From Treponemataceae bacterium (GTDB lineage: Bacteria; Spirochaetota; Spirochaetia; Treponematales; Rectinemataceae): 64,000 nucleotides of DNA. Position 1 is the first letter of the stretch. The number at the start of each line of letters is the position of its first letter. The position numbers were made by a program, and so were the translations under genes. The DNA lies in the NCBI GenBank assembly GCA_963678065.2, contig CAXXVZ010000005.1, positions 672,001-736,000 of the forward strand. The letters are read 5' to 3'. This document shows positions 27,277 through 37,048 of this stretch, piece after piece. The notes beneath the pieces were generated by a model. That model searched no databases. It had not been told where the DNA came from and was given only the letters and a program-made list of their open reading frames with translations.

Positions 27277-29652
27277 CTACAAGAGACGATGTATCGTGTC
27301 GAGCAGGACACCCTGCTCGAAGCCGCTTTTCACTATGTACGCGTCAGCCCCCGCATCGACGCCGCGTTCGCGGTGCTCGCGCGACTCGAGGCTCGTCACG
27401 AGGACGACGGGTGTCTTCGACACCGCCTCATCGGCGCGTATTTTCTCGGTGAGGCGGAAGCCGTCCATTCTCGGCATCTCGACGTCGGACACGACAAGAT
27501 CGAAGCGGCCAGTCTTCAACGCCGTGAAACCTTCCTGCCCGTCGACGGCGGTCGATACCGAATAACCCGCGGCCTCGAGGATGTTCTTGAGCAGGAGCCG
27601 CGAGGTGATCGAATCTTCGACGACGAGGATGGAACGCGGGCCGGCCCTGTTCCCGGACCTGGCTCCGCCTCCGGTTTCGGCCGCCGAAGGTGGATTCGCC
27701 TCGGGAGCCGGGCGCGAGGCGGCGCCTCCCCGCGTCGCCCCGAGAACGAGATTCCTCCCATCGAGTATCGGCACGAGTTCGCCCGTTCCGAGGATCGCGA
27801 GTCCGGAAATGTATTTGAGGCCGCGGAGCCGCGGGCCGAGAGGTTTGACGAGGACTTCCAGCTCGTCGACGACTTCGTCCACGAGGAAGGCGACGCGGAT
27901 TCCGGCCGCCTCCATGGCGACGAAACGGATTTTTTCGTCCCCATCGGAAGAGAGGGCGCGCCCGATTCCGAGGATGTCCGCGAGATGCACGAGGCCGCAG
28001 GGAACGCCGTCCAGCCGGATGATCTTTCTGCTTTCCGCCTTGCCGACCTCGGCGATTCCCGCCCTGGAGACGAGCCAGACCGCGGCCGTGGGAATGACGA
28101 ACAGTCTGCCGGAAATCCGGACGAGCACGCCGCGGAATGTCGCCTTGGTGACCGGAACCATCATGCGGACGGTCATTCCGGCCCCCGCGCGGGATTCGAT
28201 GCCGATGGTGCCGCCGAGGCCTTCGACCGCCTCCTGGACGATGGACATCCCGAGACCCCGCCCGGATATTTCGGTGACCTTCCCGCTCGTCGAAATGCCG
28301 GGCCTGAATATCATGGACACGAGGCTTTCTCCCTCAAGGGCGGCGGCGGCCTCAGGTTCGAACTGTCCCGCCTCCACGAGGGCTTTCCTGAGCCGGGCCG
28401 GATCGACGCCCGCGCCATCGTCCGAGAGGACCAGCTCGACCCTGTCGCCCCCGAGCCGCGAGACGGAGAGGCCGATTGTCCCTTTTGGTGCCTTGCCGCG
28501 GAGGCCGCGCTCTTCCGGCGATTCGATGCCGTGGTCGACGGCGTTGCGCAGGAGGTGGATGAGAGGATCCTTGAGCCTTTCGAGGATGCGCTTTTCGAGT
28601 TCGACATCGTCGCCCGACATCCTGAGTTCGACGTCTTTTCCGAGATCGCGGGAGAGGTCCCTGACCATCTTCGGGAATCCTCCCGAGATAGACGACATGG
28701 GCATGAGAAGAAGTTTCTTCGTGTCGTCGAGGAGGTCGTCCACCATGGTGCCTATGATCCGCGAATCGTTTTCCGCCGACCGGACGAGAGCGTCCTGTTC
28801 GAGAAAGCCGCGTTTGAGGCTGCCGCGCTGCCAGGCGATGAACTCGTCGATCGCGTTCGCGTCGACGGGATTGTCCGCCTTCACCGCGGAGATGACCCGG
28901 TCGAAGACCGGAGCGATCCGGGACCAGGCCGATTCGAGTTCGGACCCGCGCTCCCTGGATGCCTTGAGTTCGGCTACCTGCCGGGAGAGGGAGAGCTTGA
29001 CGGAGAGCATCTCCTCTGCCTGGAACAATACTTTGTCGAGTCTTTCGGCGGGAATGCGGATCGTGGCCGCGCGGGCGCGGGGTTCAGGAGAAGGGGGGGC
29101 TTCGGTGCGGGAGGGTACAGGCTCTGGCGGCGGGGAAAGCTCCGCGAAAGGAGCCGCGCCGGGCGCATCCCGGGCCGTGTCTCCCTCATCCAGGCGAAGC
29201 GGGGGCGAGGGCGGGTCCTGACAGAAGGCGCGCGCGGGTTTCTCCTCGCGTGGCGACTGTGTCATCGCGCGCAAGGCGAGAACACAGTCGGAGACGAGAT
29301 TTGTCCGTTCGCCGCAGGGATCGGCGAGCACCTTGTCCACGGCGTCGAGGGTTTTGTGAACGGCGTCGAAGATGGCGGGGGACAGAAGCAGTTTGCCTTT
29401 CTGCATGGCCTGGAAGAGACTTTCGAGTGCCTGGCAGAGGGTCTCGACCTCCGGCACGTCCACCGCGCGGGAGGCCCCCTTCAGGCTGTGTGCGGCCCGG
29501 TAGATGGTAGTTATCAGCTTGAAACGCTCTTCGTCCTCCATGTCCCCTTCGAGCTGGAGAAGGCCGGAGCGCATGGCGGTCAGGTGCTCGTCGGCCTCGT
29601 CGCGGAAGGTCTCGCGAAGGAGGTCCAGAAAATCGTCGTGCGTCTCCATCAT
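27277..29652 (-). CDS. cheA: CheA-REC hybrid kinase (WspE-like)
   Basis: AHSLKG Hpt, HLLRNAVDHGIE, SGRGLGM, CheW domain, C-terminal REC (SDVEMP). Confidence 0.95.
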   Translation of the reverse strand: MMETHDDFLDLLRETFRDEADEHLTAMRSGLLQLEGDMEDEERFKLITTIYRAAHSLKGASRAVDVPEVETLCQALESLFQAMQKGKLLLSPAIFDAVHKTLDAVDKVLADPCGERTNLVSDCVLALRAMTQSPREEKPARAFCQDPPSPPLRLDEGDTARDAPGAAPFAELSPPPEPVPSRTEAPPSPEPRARAATIRIPAERLDKVLFQAEEMLSVKLSLSRQVAELKASRERGSELESAWSRIAPVFDRVISAVKADNPVDANAIDEFIAWQRGSLKRGFLEQDALVRSAENDSRIIGTMVDDLLDDTKKLLLMPMSSISGGFPKMVRDLSRDLGKDVELRMSGDDVELEKRILERLKDPLIHLLRNAVDHGIESPEERGLRGKAPKGTIGLSVSRLGGDRVELVLSDDGAGVDPARLRKALVEAGQFEPEAAAALEGESLVSMIFRPGISTSGKVTEISGRGLGMSIVQEAVEGLGGTIGIESRAGAGMTVRMMVPVTKATFRGVLVRISGRLFVIPTAAVWLVSRAGIAEVGKAESRKIIRLDGVPCGLVHLADILGIGRALSSDGDEKIRFVAMEAAGIRVAFLVDEVVDELEVLVKPLGPRLRGLKYISGLAILGTGELVPILDGRNLVLGATRGGAASRPAPEANPPSAAETGGGARSGNRAGPRSILVVEDSITSRLLLKNILEAAGYSVSTAVDGQEGFTALKTGRFDLVVSDVEMPRMDGFRLTEKIRADEAVSKTPVVLVTSLESREHRERGVDAGADAYIVKSGFEQGVLLDTIHRLL

Positions 29653-29661
29653 CCCATCCTG

Positions 29662-31281
29662 TCAGAGCTTGTACTTGCTCGTTGTTTCCTGCAAGCGGCG
29701 GCTCAGGGAGTCGATGTCCCGCGCCGCGTCCTCGAGCTGACGCGCCGCGTCGACATTCTGGCGGCTGGCCTCGCGGATGTTTTCCATCGCCTGCGTCACC
29801 TGGTCGACCCCCGCGTACTGCTGCTGGTTCGCGGCGGTGATCTGGATGACCATCTGAGTGGCTTCGGCTACGCTTGCGGCGAGGCTCTTGAGCGCTTCGC
29901 GCACTTCCCCTGCCTGGACTATTCCGGAGTCGACGGCCTTGTTGCCCTGCTCTGTGGCCATGACGGCGTTGCCCGTCGCCTTCTGTATGTCGCCCAGGAT
30001 GGTCCTGACCTGCCTCGTGGCCTGCCTCGATCCTTCCGCGAGGGTCCTGACTTCCCTGGCGACTACGGCGAACCCCTTGCCCTGCTCGCCCGCCTTGGCG
30101 GCTTCTATCGCCGCGTTGACGGCGAGGAGGTTGGACTGCTCGGCGATGTCGTCGACGGAGGAAATGATCTCGCCGATTGTCCTGCTCTGTTCGCTTAAGG
30201 ACAGGATGCTGCGGGCAATGCGCTCCATCTGCTCGTGGATGTTCTGCATGCCGGCGGCGGTTGCCTCGACGGTCTGCTCGCCCGAGCGGGCGACGACCAG
30301 TGTCCTCTGCGCGCTGCTGGAGACTTCGCGCGCCTTTTCCATGGAAACCTGGGCTGTCTGCTTCACTTCCTCGACGGTGACCGTGGTTTCGCTGACGGAG
30401 GAGGCCGTCTCGGAGGCCGATGAGGCGAGCTCGGACGCGGTCGCCGAGATCTGGCTCGATGAGCTGGCGAGGAGGTTGACCCCATCCCGCAGCTCCTGAG
30501 TCTGATTTCTGAAACCCTCCACCATGAATGCGCAGGTTCTCGACAGGATGCCGACCTCGTCCGGGGAAGAATCCTCGGCGAACACGACACCGAGATTGCC
30601 TTCCGCGACTTTTTCGGCGACCTTGATCAGCGCGGTGAGGGGCCTCACGATGCTTCTCGAGAGGAGCCAGGCGACGATGGCGGCCGTGAGGATGGCGGCC
30701 GCCGCGAATACGCGCAGGAAGAGAAGGGACGTGGTGGCGATGGAACCTGCTTTTGCCTTGAGCGACTCGGCGCTGCCGAGGGCCTCGGAGAGGAGTTCGC
30801 CCATGCGTTTTTCGACTCCGGCTATCGCCGCGAGGGTCTGGTCCCGGTACAGGGCCTCCGCCTGGCTCTGCCGCCCCGCGTTGACATAGGCGATCTCTTT
30901 TTTCCTGAGCTCATCCCAGACACTGTCGGCGGCCAACAGGGCGGAAACCTTGTCCTTCACGCCGGGGAAATATCCTTCCATGAGGGCGAGGTTGGATGTA
31001 GCCGTCTTTTCCGAATCCTCGATCTTTTTCGTGGCTTCGGCGACCTCGGCGGGATTGCGGGCCTGCAGCAGCTCCTTTTCATGGAGCTCAATGTAGACAA
31101 ACTGTGTCCTTGTATCGAGGACCAGATTGCTCCCCTTGAAAGGTTTATCGTAGAGTTCGGTCGCGGCGACACCGATATCCTGGACACGGGCGATCGACGT
31201 CAACTCCATGGCGAACAGCAGGGCGAGAATGAGCCCGAACCCGGCGACGAGCCGGTAGCCGACCTTCAGCTTGCGTATCAT
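29662..31281 (-). CDS. Methyl-accepting chemotaxis protein (4HB sensor, HAMP)
   Basis: Two TM segments, [46 protein letters not shown] precedes ATG 31281. Confidence 0.95.
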   Translation of the reverse strand: MIRKLKVGYRLVAGFGLILALLFAMELTSIARVQDIGVAATELYDKPFKGSNLVLDTRTQFVYIELHEKELLQARNPAEVAEATKKIEDSEKTATSNLALMEGYFPGVKDKVSALLAADSVWDELRKKEIAYVNAGRQSQAEALYRDQTLAAIAGVEKRMGELLSEALGSAESLKAKAGSIATTSLLFLRVFAAAAILTAAIVAWLLSRSIVRPLTALIKVAEKVAEGNLGVVFAEDSSPDEVGILSRTCAFMVEGFRNQTQELRDGVNLLASSSSQISATASELASSASETASSVSETTVTVEEVKQTAQVSMEKAREVSSSAQRTLVVARSGEQTVEATAAGMQNIHEQMERIARSILSLSEQSRTIGEIISSVDDIAEQSNLLAVNAAIEAAKAGEQGKGFAVVAREVRTLAEGSRQATRQVRTILGDIQKATGNAVMATEQGNKAVDSGIVQAGEVREALKSLAASVAEATQMVIQITAANQQQYAGVDQVTQAMENIREASRQNVDAARQLEDAARDIDSLSRRLQETTSKYKL

Positions 31282-31384
31282 GTATAGCCTCCTTGTCCTG
31301 TCGCGGAACCGATTGTGACCCGACCGCGAAAAATGAACGAACCCCGGAGCAGCTTCGAGGTATGGACCTGCATGCGAATCAGCT

Positions 31385-31924
31385 TCAGCCGGCCCGGACC
31401 GACAGCGCTTCATCGGCCCGTATCGCCGTCTCGTCGAGGATGACGCAATGGCCCGGAGCCATTCCCCGTATATAATTGCCTTTCTCGTTCACGATAGTGG
31501 CCGGAGCGGGATGGATGTCGGCCCGGTCCAGAATTTCGATGCCCGTCACGGTCTCGGCAAGAATTCCGAGGCGGGACTGTCGGTCGTCCAGAAGTATGAC
31601 TCTGGCGGCCTTCCCCGGGCCCGGCGAAGGAAGGCCGAACAGGGGCCTCAAGTCGACGATGGGGACTATTTCGCCCCGGAAATTCGTCACGCCGAGTATG
31701 CAGGAGGGAGTCCCGGGCAGGGAGGTCCAGGAGTCCGCAGGAAAAACCTCGCCCGCAACCTTCGTTTCGAAGGCATAGCGCTCGCCCGCGAGAGTGAAGC
31801 AGATCACCTCCAGAGTGCTGTCCGGGCTCGCGCGCTCTTCGAGGGGCACGCGGAGGCGGGCGGCCCGCGTCTGGAGAATTTCTTTTGCGCTACGGGGATT
31901 CCGGTCTGTACCGATATCGCTCAT
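31385..31924 (-). CDS. cheW: CheW-family adaptor (WspD-like)
   Basis: [22 protein letters not shown]. Confidence 0.9.
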   Translation of the reverse strand: MSDIGTDRNPRSAKEILQTRAARLRVPLEERASPDSTLEVICFTLAGERYAFETKVAGEVFPADSWTSLPGTPSCILGVTNFRGEIVPIVDLRPLFGLPSPGPGKAARVILLDDRQSRLGILAETVTGIEILDRADIHPAPATIVNEKGNYIRGMAPGHCVILDETAIRADEALSVRAG

Positions 31925-31927
31925 CGT

Positions 31928-33430
31928 TCAATCCTCCCGGTTCAGCGTGCGCGAAATAGTCAGGGCGAGTCTTCCCGCCGGAATGCCGTCCGATTCCGGC
32001 AAGATGGCGTCGGCGGCGAGATCGCCCAATCCTGCGAGGGCGTTGCGGTAGTGTCGCATGGATTGGGCGCGATTGCCACGCAGCGCTTCGACATTTCCCA
32101 GGGTATAGTGCGCCATGATGAAGTCCGGCTTCAGGTAGAGGACACGGCGCAGAGCGGCCGCGGCGGCGTCGAGGTCCCGCCTCTCCATGGCCAGAATGGC
32201 GTGCAGATACTGGTAGTCCGGGTTGGTCCGGTCCGCTGCGAGGGCGCGGTCGCAGAGTCGCCCGGCCTCTTCCGTCCTGCCCAAGTCGGCCAGCTTCCGC
32301 GCCTCGCTGTAGTCAAGGAGGCCGGGATGCCCGGGCCGATCGGGTCGCGGATCGGGGGCCGCGTCGGGTGGCGCGGGCCGGGCCGGCGATGCCACGGATT
32401 TGAGCCGGGGTTTCGGAAATTCCGGAAGGGTCCGGGGGGCCTGTCCCCGGAAAGCCGATCCATCGTCGACCTCAGCGCGCAAAGCCGGACCATCGTCGAT
32501 CCGGCCGTCCGGCGGCCTGCGGAAGAGCGTCGTTCCCTGGAACGAGACGGTCTCGAACTCCGATTGCATGACCGACATGGCCTCGCTCGGCCCGACAACG
32601 AGCCATCCACCCGGGGCAATGCAGGCGAACAGTCTGCTCAGCACTCCCTCGATGCCGGCGCGGGAAAAATACAAAAGCACATTCCTGCAGAAGATGATGT
32701 CGGGGCGGGGGATTCCGGCGGCGGAAAGGTCCCAACCGGTATCGGCGAGATTGAAGCGCATGAAGCTCACCATGGACTTCACGTCCGGAACGACGCGGAA
32801 GCGGTCCTTTTCCGTTTTGGCGAACCATGTCCGCCGGATGGAATCGGGCACTCCGCGGAAAGACCACTGACCATATTCAGCTTTGCGCGCCCGCGAAAGG
32901 GCGGCCGGATTCACGTCACTGGAAGCGATCGATATGTCCCAGAGCGCGATGTCCGGCAGGAAGGAGCGAAGAAGCATGGCGAGGGAGTAGGCTTCCTCGC
33001 CCGAACTTCCCGCGGCGCACCAGAGAGAGATGCGGGGACGTTTCCCCGAGGCTCGCGCCTCGTCCCGCCTCGCTTCGGCGAGGGGTGGCAGGACATGATT
33101 CTTCAGCGCCTCGAACTGCTCGGTGTGCCGGAAGAAGTATGTTTCGCCGACAGAAATCCTGCCCACGAGCTTGTCCATGATGGCCGGAGGACAGTCTTCC
33201 CTTCCGATCAGGTCGACGAAATCTTCCAGGGACCCGGCGCCCGAATCCGCGGCGGCAGCTACGAGGGAGCGTTCCAGATCGGCGTGGCGGGCGTGCGGAA
33301 AGTGGAAACCGACCCGCAAGTCGAGGACTTGGGCAATCCTGTCGAGGGTCTCTTTCGGAATCCTTCCCGCCATGACCGTGCCAGACTTCAGACAGGCGCC
33401 GCGCGATTCAGGGCCGATATCATTTCGCAC
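31928..33430 (-). CDS. cheR: CheR methyltransferase with C-terminal TPR (WspC-like)
   Basis: GETYFFR, SSGEEAYSLAM, IFCRNVLLYF, RRVLYLKPDF. Confidence 0.92.
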   Translation of the reverse strand: MRNDIGPESRGACLKSGTVMAGRIPKETLDRIAQVLDLRVGFHFPHARHADLERSLVAAAADSGAGSLEDFVDLIGREDCPPAIMDKLVGRISVGETYFFRHTEQFEALKNHVLPPLAEARRDEARASGKRPRISLWCAAGSSGEEAYSLAMLLRSFLPDIALWDISIASSDVNPAALSRARKAEYGQWSFRGVPDSIRRTWFAKTEKDRFRVVPDVKSMVSFMRFNLADTGWDLSAAGIPRPDIIFCRNVLLYFSRAGIEGVLSRLFACIAPGGWLVVGPSEAMSVMQSEFETVSFQGTTLFRRPPDGRIDDGPALRAEVDDGSAFRGQAPRTLPEFPKPRLKSVASPARPAPPDAAPDPRPDRPGHPGLLDYSEARKLADLGRTEEAGRLCDRALAADRTNPDYQYLHAILAMERRDLDAAAAALRRVLYLKPDFIMAHYTLGNVEALRGNRAQSMRHYRNALAGLGDLAADAILPESDGIPAGRLALTISRTLNRED

Positions 33431-33852
33431 TCGGGCGCGAACATGACTTCCGGATCGTAGAGGGGAACGAGGCCTTCCGCGTGGCGGAAGATGCCCCTGA
33501 GGCCCGGAAGGGCTCCGACGACATCCTCGGGCGGAACGATGTCCGCGGCCGGGACGCCGAGAACGTCGCGGGTATCGTCGACCCTGAGAGCCAGGGTCCT
33601 TGCATGGGCATCCAGGATGACAAAGCGGTCACCGGGACTTGTCTCCCGCGGGGGAAAGGCGCATTTCGCGCGCATGTCGATCACCGGGAGGATCTCGCCG
33701 TGAAAGTCGATCATGCCAAGAATGTCGCCCGGCGCGCCAAATATGGGCGTGATGTCGGTCGCGGGCAGAACCTGGCGCAGGGCCGAAACGGGAAGGCCGA
33801 AAAGGCGCTCGTCGAGAGAAAAAACGAAAACGACGGTATCCGTGTCTGCCAT
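33388..33852 (-). CDS. cheW: CheW-family adaptor (WspB-like)
   Basis: GAP..ILGMIDFHGEILPVID, LRVD. Confidence 0.88.
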   Translation of the reverse strand: MADTDTVVFVFSLDERLFGLPVSALRQVLPATDITPIFGAPGDILGMIDFHGEILPVIDMRAKCAFPPRETSPGDRFVILDAHARTLALRVDDTRDVLGVPAADIVPPEDVVGALPGLRGIFRHAEGLVPLYDPEVMFAPECEMISALNRAAPV

Positions 33853-33983
33853 GGTGGGAATGACCTCTATATCACTTATCGGAGAGGGGGTCGCCCGGCT
33901 CAAGGTCAAAAGAAGACGGCGGGGTATCCGGGCTCATGCCGCACGCGCAGCGCGTCGTTTCGAACCGACGGATTCTTCCGGAC

Positions 33984-34457
33984 TCAGTCCGATACGCGCC
34001 TTAACAGAAGAACTACGGGTCCGCCAGGCGAAAACAGCCCGCACACGATGGGGCTCCCCCGGGCAGTCTCCAGCGCGACCGTCTTGCCGCTCGCATGATC
34101 CACCGTCCGGATCGACCACATGCCCCGCGGCAGATCGAGGATTGCCTGGCCCGTAAGATCGCGGCCGGCCCTGTCGTGAATCGCGCCCCCCGGACCGACA
34201 TCGCCGGCGCGGGGGGCGCGGGGCTCGCAACAGAGGGCGTAGCAGTAGTCGCCGGCCCCTGTCGGAAATACGGCCAGTCCCGCCCCGCCGACCCAGTCCG
34301 GCACGGCAACAATGGCATCATTCAGCTCGGACAGGACTCCGGAACGGATGGGAACGCAGACCTGATCCGGCCCGCTCACCTGCGGAAGCCGGGAGAAGAA
34401 GTCCGCGAGCCTTGTTCCGTCAAAGCCCGAAACCGGATTTCCGGACTTGGTGTTCAT
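33984..34457 (-). CDS. Hypothetical protein
   Basis: 157-aa ORF overlapping the stop of the upstream lipoprotein; no recognised motif. Confidence 0.45.
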   Translation of the reverse strand: MNTKSGNPVSGFDGTRLADFFSRLPQVSGPDQVCVPIRSGVLSELNDAIVAVPDWVGGAGLAVFPTGAGDYCYALCCEPRAPRAGDVGPGGAIHDRAGRDLTGQAILDLPRGMWSIRTVDHASGKTVALETARGSPIVCGLFSPGGPVVLLLRRVSD

Positions 34458-35373
34458 CTTCGTAGGCCTCGAGCATCCAGAGGTATTGGTATTTCGCCTT
34501 GCTGAAATCGTATCGGTCGGCGATCTCCTTCATCTGCCCGATCGCCTCTTCCTTGCGGTCCATGGCGAAGAGGAGGAGTGCTGCGTTGTAGCCCGCCCGG
34601 TAGTCGCCCATTCTCCGGTAAGCATCCATGTAGATGTCGTAAGCGCGCCCGTACTGGTGATTCTTGACCAGCCCGTCGGCGACCTTGTATTGCGGGTCGT
34701 CGTCCTTCATCTCGAAAGAGAGATGCACGGTTTCCCTCCAGGGCATCAGCTCTTTCTCTATCTCGGGGATGATCCGATCCATGATCCTGCCCAGGAGGGA
34801 GTAGTCGTCGAAGGGAACGAACAGGAAATCGCTGCGCTCTGCCTGGTCGGAAGCCTTTCCCTCTTTGTAGACCCGGTCGATGACTCTGCCCGTCTGGTTG
34901 TCGATGAGGCTGTAGACAAAGCTCAGGTGCACTTCTTTCCTGGTGATCCAGTACGTGATCCTGATGCCGTTCTTGTCCGTCCGGACATCTATGGCGAGGG
35001 TGTTGGATATCGAGTAGTCCAGAATTTCCCCCGCGATGTAGGCGTCGGGCTTCGGGGACCCGGGAAAGCGCGAGGAAGACATGTCGAGGACGCTGTACCG
35101 TCCGGAGCGCGCGAGGGTCTGGCGTATGGCATCGGAGACGAAGATGCCAACATTGCGGCCATGGTCGTAGCTCTTGAAACCGGGCCGGATGCCGTCGGGC
35201 ACACGATCGATGTAGTTCGGGCTTCTGCCCAGGAAGGGTTGGACACCGATGGTCCGTATCGATCCCATGTCGATCTTGGACGGGTGGTCGACCGTGACGG
35301 GGATCGAGGTGGCGCAGGAAGCCAGAAAGCCTGCGAGGGCAATGGCAGGCACGAGTCTGAGAATATTTTTCAT
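34420..35373 (-). CDS. Lipoprotein (CsgG/TolB_N-like fold plus TPR-like C-terminus)
   Basis: MKNILRLVPAIALAGFLAS-C lipobox; DAYIAGEI, LIDNQTGRVI; YNAA helical C-terminus. Confidence 0.65.
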   Translation of the reverse strand: MKNILRLVPAIALAGFLASCATSIPVTVDHPSKIDMGSIRTIGVQPFLGRSPNYIDRVPDGIRPGFKSYDHGRNVGIFVSDAIRQTLARSGRYSVLDMSSSRFPGSPKPDAYIAGEILDYSISNTLAIDVRTDKNGIRITYWITRKEVHLSFVYSLIDNQTGRVIDRVYKEGKASDQAERSDFLFVPFDDYSLLGRIMDRIIPEIEKELMPWRETVHLSFEMKDDDPQYKVADGLVKNHQYGRAYDIYMDAYRRMGDYRAGYNAALLLFAMDRKEEAIGQMKEIADRYDFSKAKYQYLWMLEAYEDEHQVRKSGFGL

Positions 35374-35435
35374 GGGCAATCTCCCTGGCACTACAATATC
35401 GCGAATCCGGCCGCGAGACCATGTCAGGATGGGTT

Positions 35436-36503
35436 TCATTCGTCGATCGGGATTCCCCATTTCAGGGCGAGGTTTCGCAGGTCGAGCAGGCTCAAAGCCG
35501 GAACTCCGTTTCCGGCCATGCGGGCGAGGACACCGCGGTCGGGGGAAAAATCGAAGGCGCGCGGCGCGATGAAGCCCGAGGGGATGTTCAGGACCTCCTC
35601 GCTCCGGCCGAGACTGGCGTCGGCGCCGCCCGCATTGATATAGAAGGCGAGCTTTTTGCCTTTCGCCCAGGCGTGGTAAGCCGCCATGCGCCTCTCGATG
35701 GCGGATTCGAGGGTGTATGAGGGGAGATAGGGTATACCGAGTTCCCCGGCGACAGCGGAGGCGATGGCGACGGGGGCGGGAGACTGTGCCTGTTTTGACG
35801 ATTCGGCGGGTTGCGCCACTTCGAGTCCGGCGGAGAAAAGGGCCTGCAAAACGGTCCCGTTTCCGGAATCGTAGTCCCCGCCCGGCGTCACCGCTATCGC
35901 GGCGGAGCGCAGAAGTCCTGCACGGGAGAGGCGGAGCTCGATTTCGGGCCAGGAGAAGCCGGGCTGATTCGCGCCGAAGGTGGAGGAGGTCGGAGAGACG
36001 ATCGAGCCGAGTTCGAGCCCGAGCTCCTCGCAGGCGAGCATGACGGCGAGGTTGATCCCGGGGAAGCTGCCGGAGAGTCCCGCGGCGACGAGGTCTCCCC
36101 TGCGGAGTCCCGCGCCGTACAGACGTCTGACCAGCGCGGAGGCCCAGACGGGATTCGCGGCTGTCCTCTTGGCCGAGAGACTTCCGAGCGTCGTCGTGAG
36201 TTCGGTGAGTTCCTCGCCGACGAGTCCTGTCCGCCCTGGATCGAGTTCCCTGCCCGGATCGAGGCCGGAGAGCACCTTTTCATGCCAGAGATACTCCTCG
36301 ATGGCCCGCATTCTCGCGCCGGCGCGGATGGCCGCCGCCTCGATCGCGGGCGGAACGGGGGCAGCGGAGCGGGCTATTTCCAGTTTTCCGGCGCTGAAGG
36401 CCGCGCCCAGGCAGACGACTGCGGCGACGAGGACTGTGAATGTGTTCCGGCGCGGCAGGGGAAGGAAGCCATCCGGCGGCATGAAGAGCGGTGGACGAGG
36501 CAT
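35436..36503 (-). CDS. pgsW: Poly-gamma-glutamate system protein
   Basis: TGLVG...TTTLGSL.AKRT..NP, GD.V...SGSFPG.N, FGAN.P, INAGG..ASLG. Start overlaps the pgsC stop. Confidence 0.85.
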   Translation of the reverse strand: MPRPPLFMPPDGFLPLPRRNTFTVLVAAVVCLGAAFSAGKLEIARSAAPVPPAIEAAAIRAGARMRAIEEYLWHEKVLSGLDPGRELDPGRTGLVGEELTELTTTLGSLSAKRTAANPVWASALVRRLYGAGLRRGDLVAAGLSGSFPGINLAVMLACEELGLELGSIVSPTSSTFGANQPGFSWPEIELRLSRAGLLRSAAIAVTPGGDYDSGNGTVLQALFSAGLEVAQPAESSKQAQSPAPVAIASAVAGELGIPYLPSYTLESAIERRMAAYHAWAKGKKLAFYINAGGADASLGRSEEVLNIPSGFIAPRAFDFSPDRGVLARMAGNGVPALSLLDLRNLALKWGIPIDE

Positions 36504-37048
36504 CAGCCCCACCCCGCCGTCAGGAACAAGAGGACGCGTACGATCGCCGCGCCCGCGAGGGCGAGGGCCGATACGGGCAGTACTCCGCCCGAGAGCATCT
36601 CCGCCGCGATGAGGCCGGGAATTATGTGGCCGACGACGCGAAGGTCGGGAAGGTTCGCCGCCACGGCGGTCATGCCAGCGGTCGTGCCAGCGGCCATGCC
36701 GGAGATCGGGGCGGCCTCTCCCGCGGCCAGGGCGGGGGCCGAGAGGCCTGCGGGGAGGGCCTTGGCGATGAAATCGACGGCGGCGGGAAGCGCGAGGCTG
36801 ACAAGAAAGCCGCACAGGACCGTGACCGCAAACCTCCGCCTTCCGTACAGGATGACGAGGCGCGAGAGGCCGAAGCGGACAATGGCCCATGTGATGAGTG
36901 CAGCCGCGAAGGTCGAGGCGATCCTCCAGGGTTGGTTCAGGAAGAGGGCGAGATAGCCCGGCACGACGAGTCCTCCGGAAGGGAGGCCGAAAAGCTCGGT
37001 GAAGATGAGGTTGAGTGCGAGGCCGAAACCTATGGCTCGTTCAATCAT
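36503..37048 (-). CDS. pgsC: Poly-gamma-glutamate biosynthesis protein PgsC/CapC
   Basis: GGLVVPGYLAL, ILYGRRRF, VGHIIPGLIA. Confidence 0.92.
   Translation of the reverse strand: MIERAIGFGLALNLIFTELFGLPSGGLVVPGYLALFLNQPWRIASTFAAALITWAIVRFGLSRLVILYGRRRFAVTVLCGFLVSLALPAAVDFIAKALPAGLSAPALAAGEAAPISGMAAGTTAGMTAVAANLPDLRVVGHIIPGLIAAEMLSGGVLPVSALALAGAAIVRVLLFLTAGWG

Noticed and set aside
27289..30198. Long plus-strand ORFs opposite cheA/MCP (also 31448-33460, 37015-39540, 52996-54816)
   Set aside because: Antisense shadow ORFs expected in high-GC coding DNA; the opposite strand carries clear conserved proteins.
33853..33983. c-di-GMP riboswitch or sigma28 promoter upstream of cheW
   Set aside because: CCGATAA is present on the minus strand but the -35 is poor, and the riboswitch core motifs are absent.
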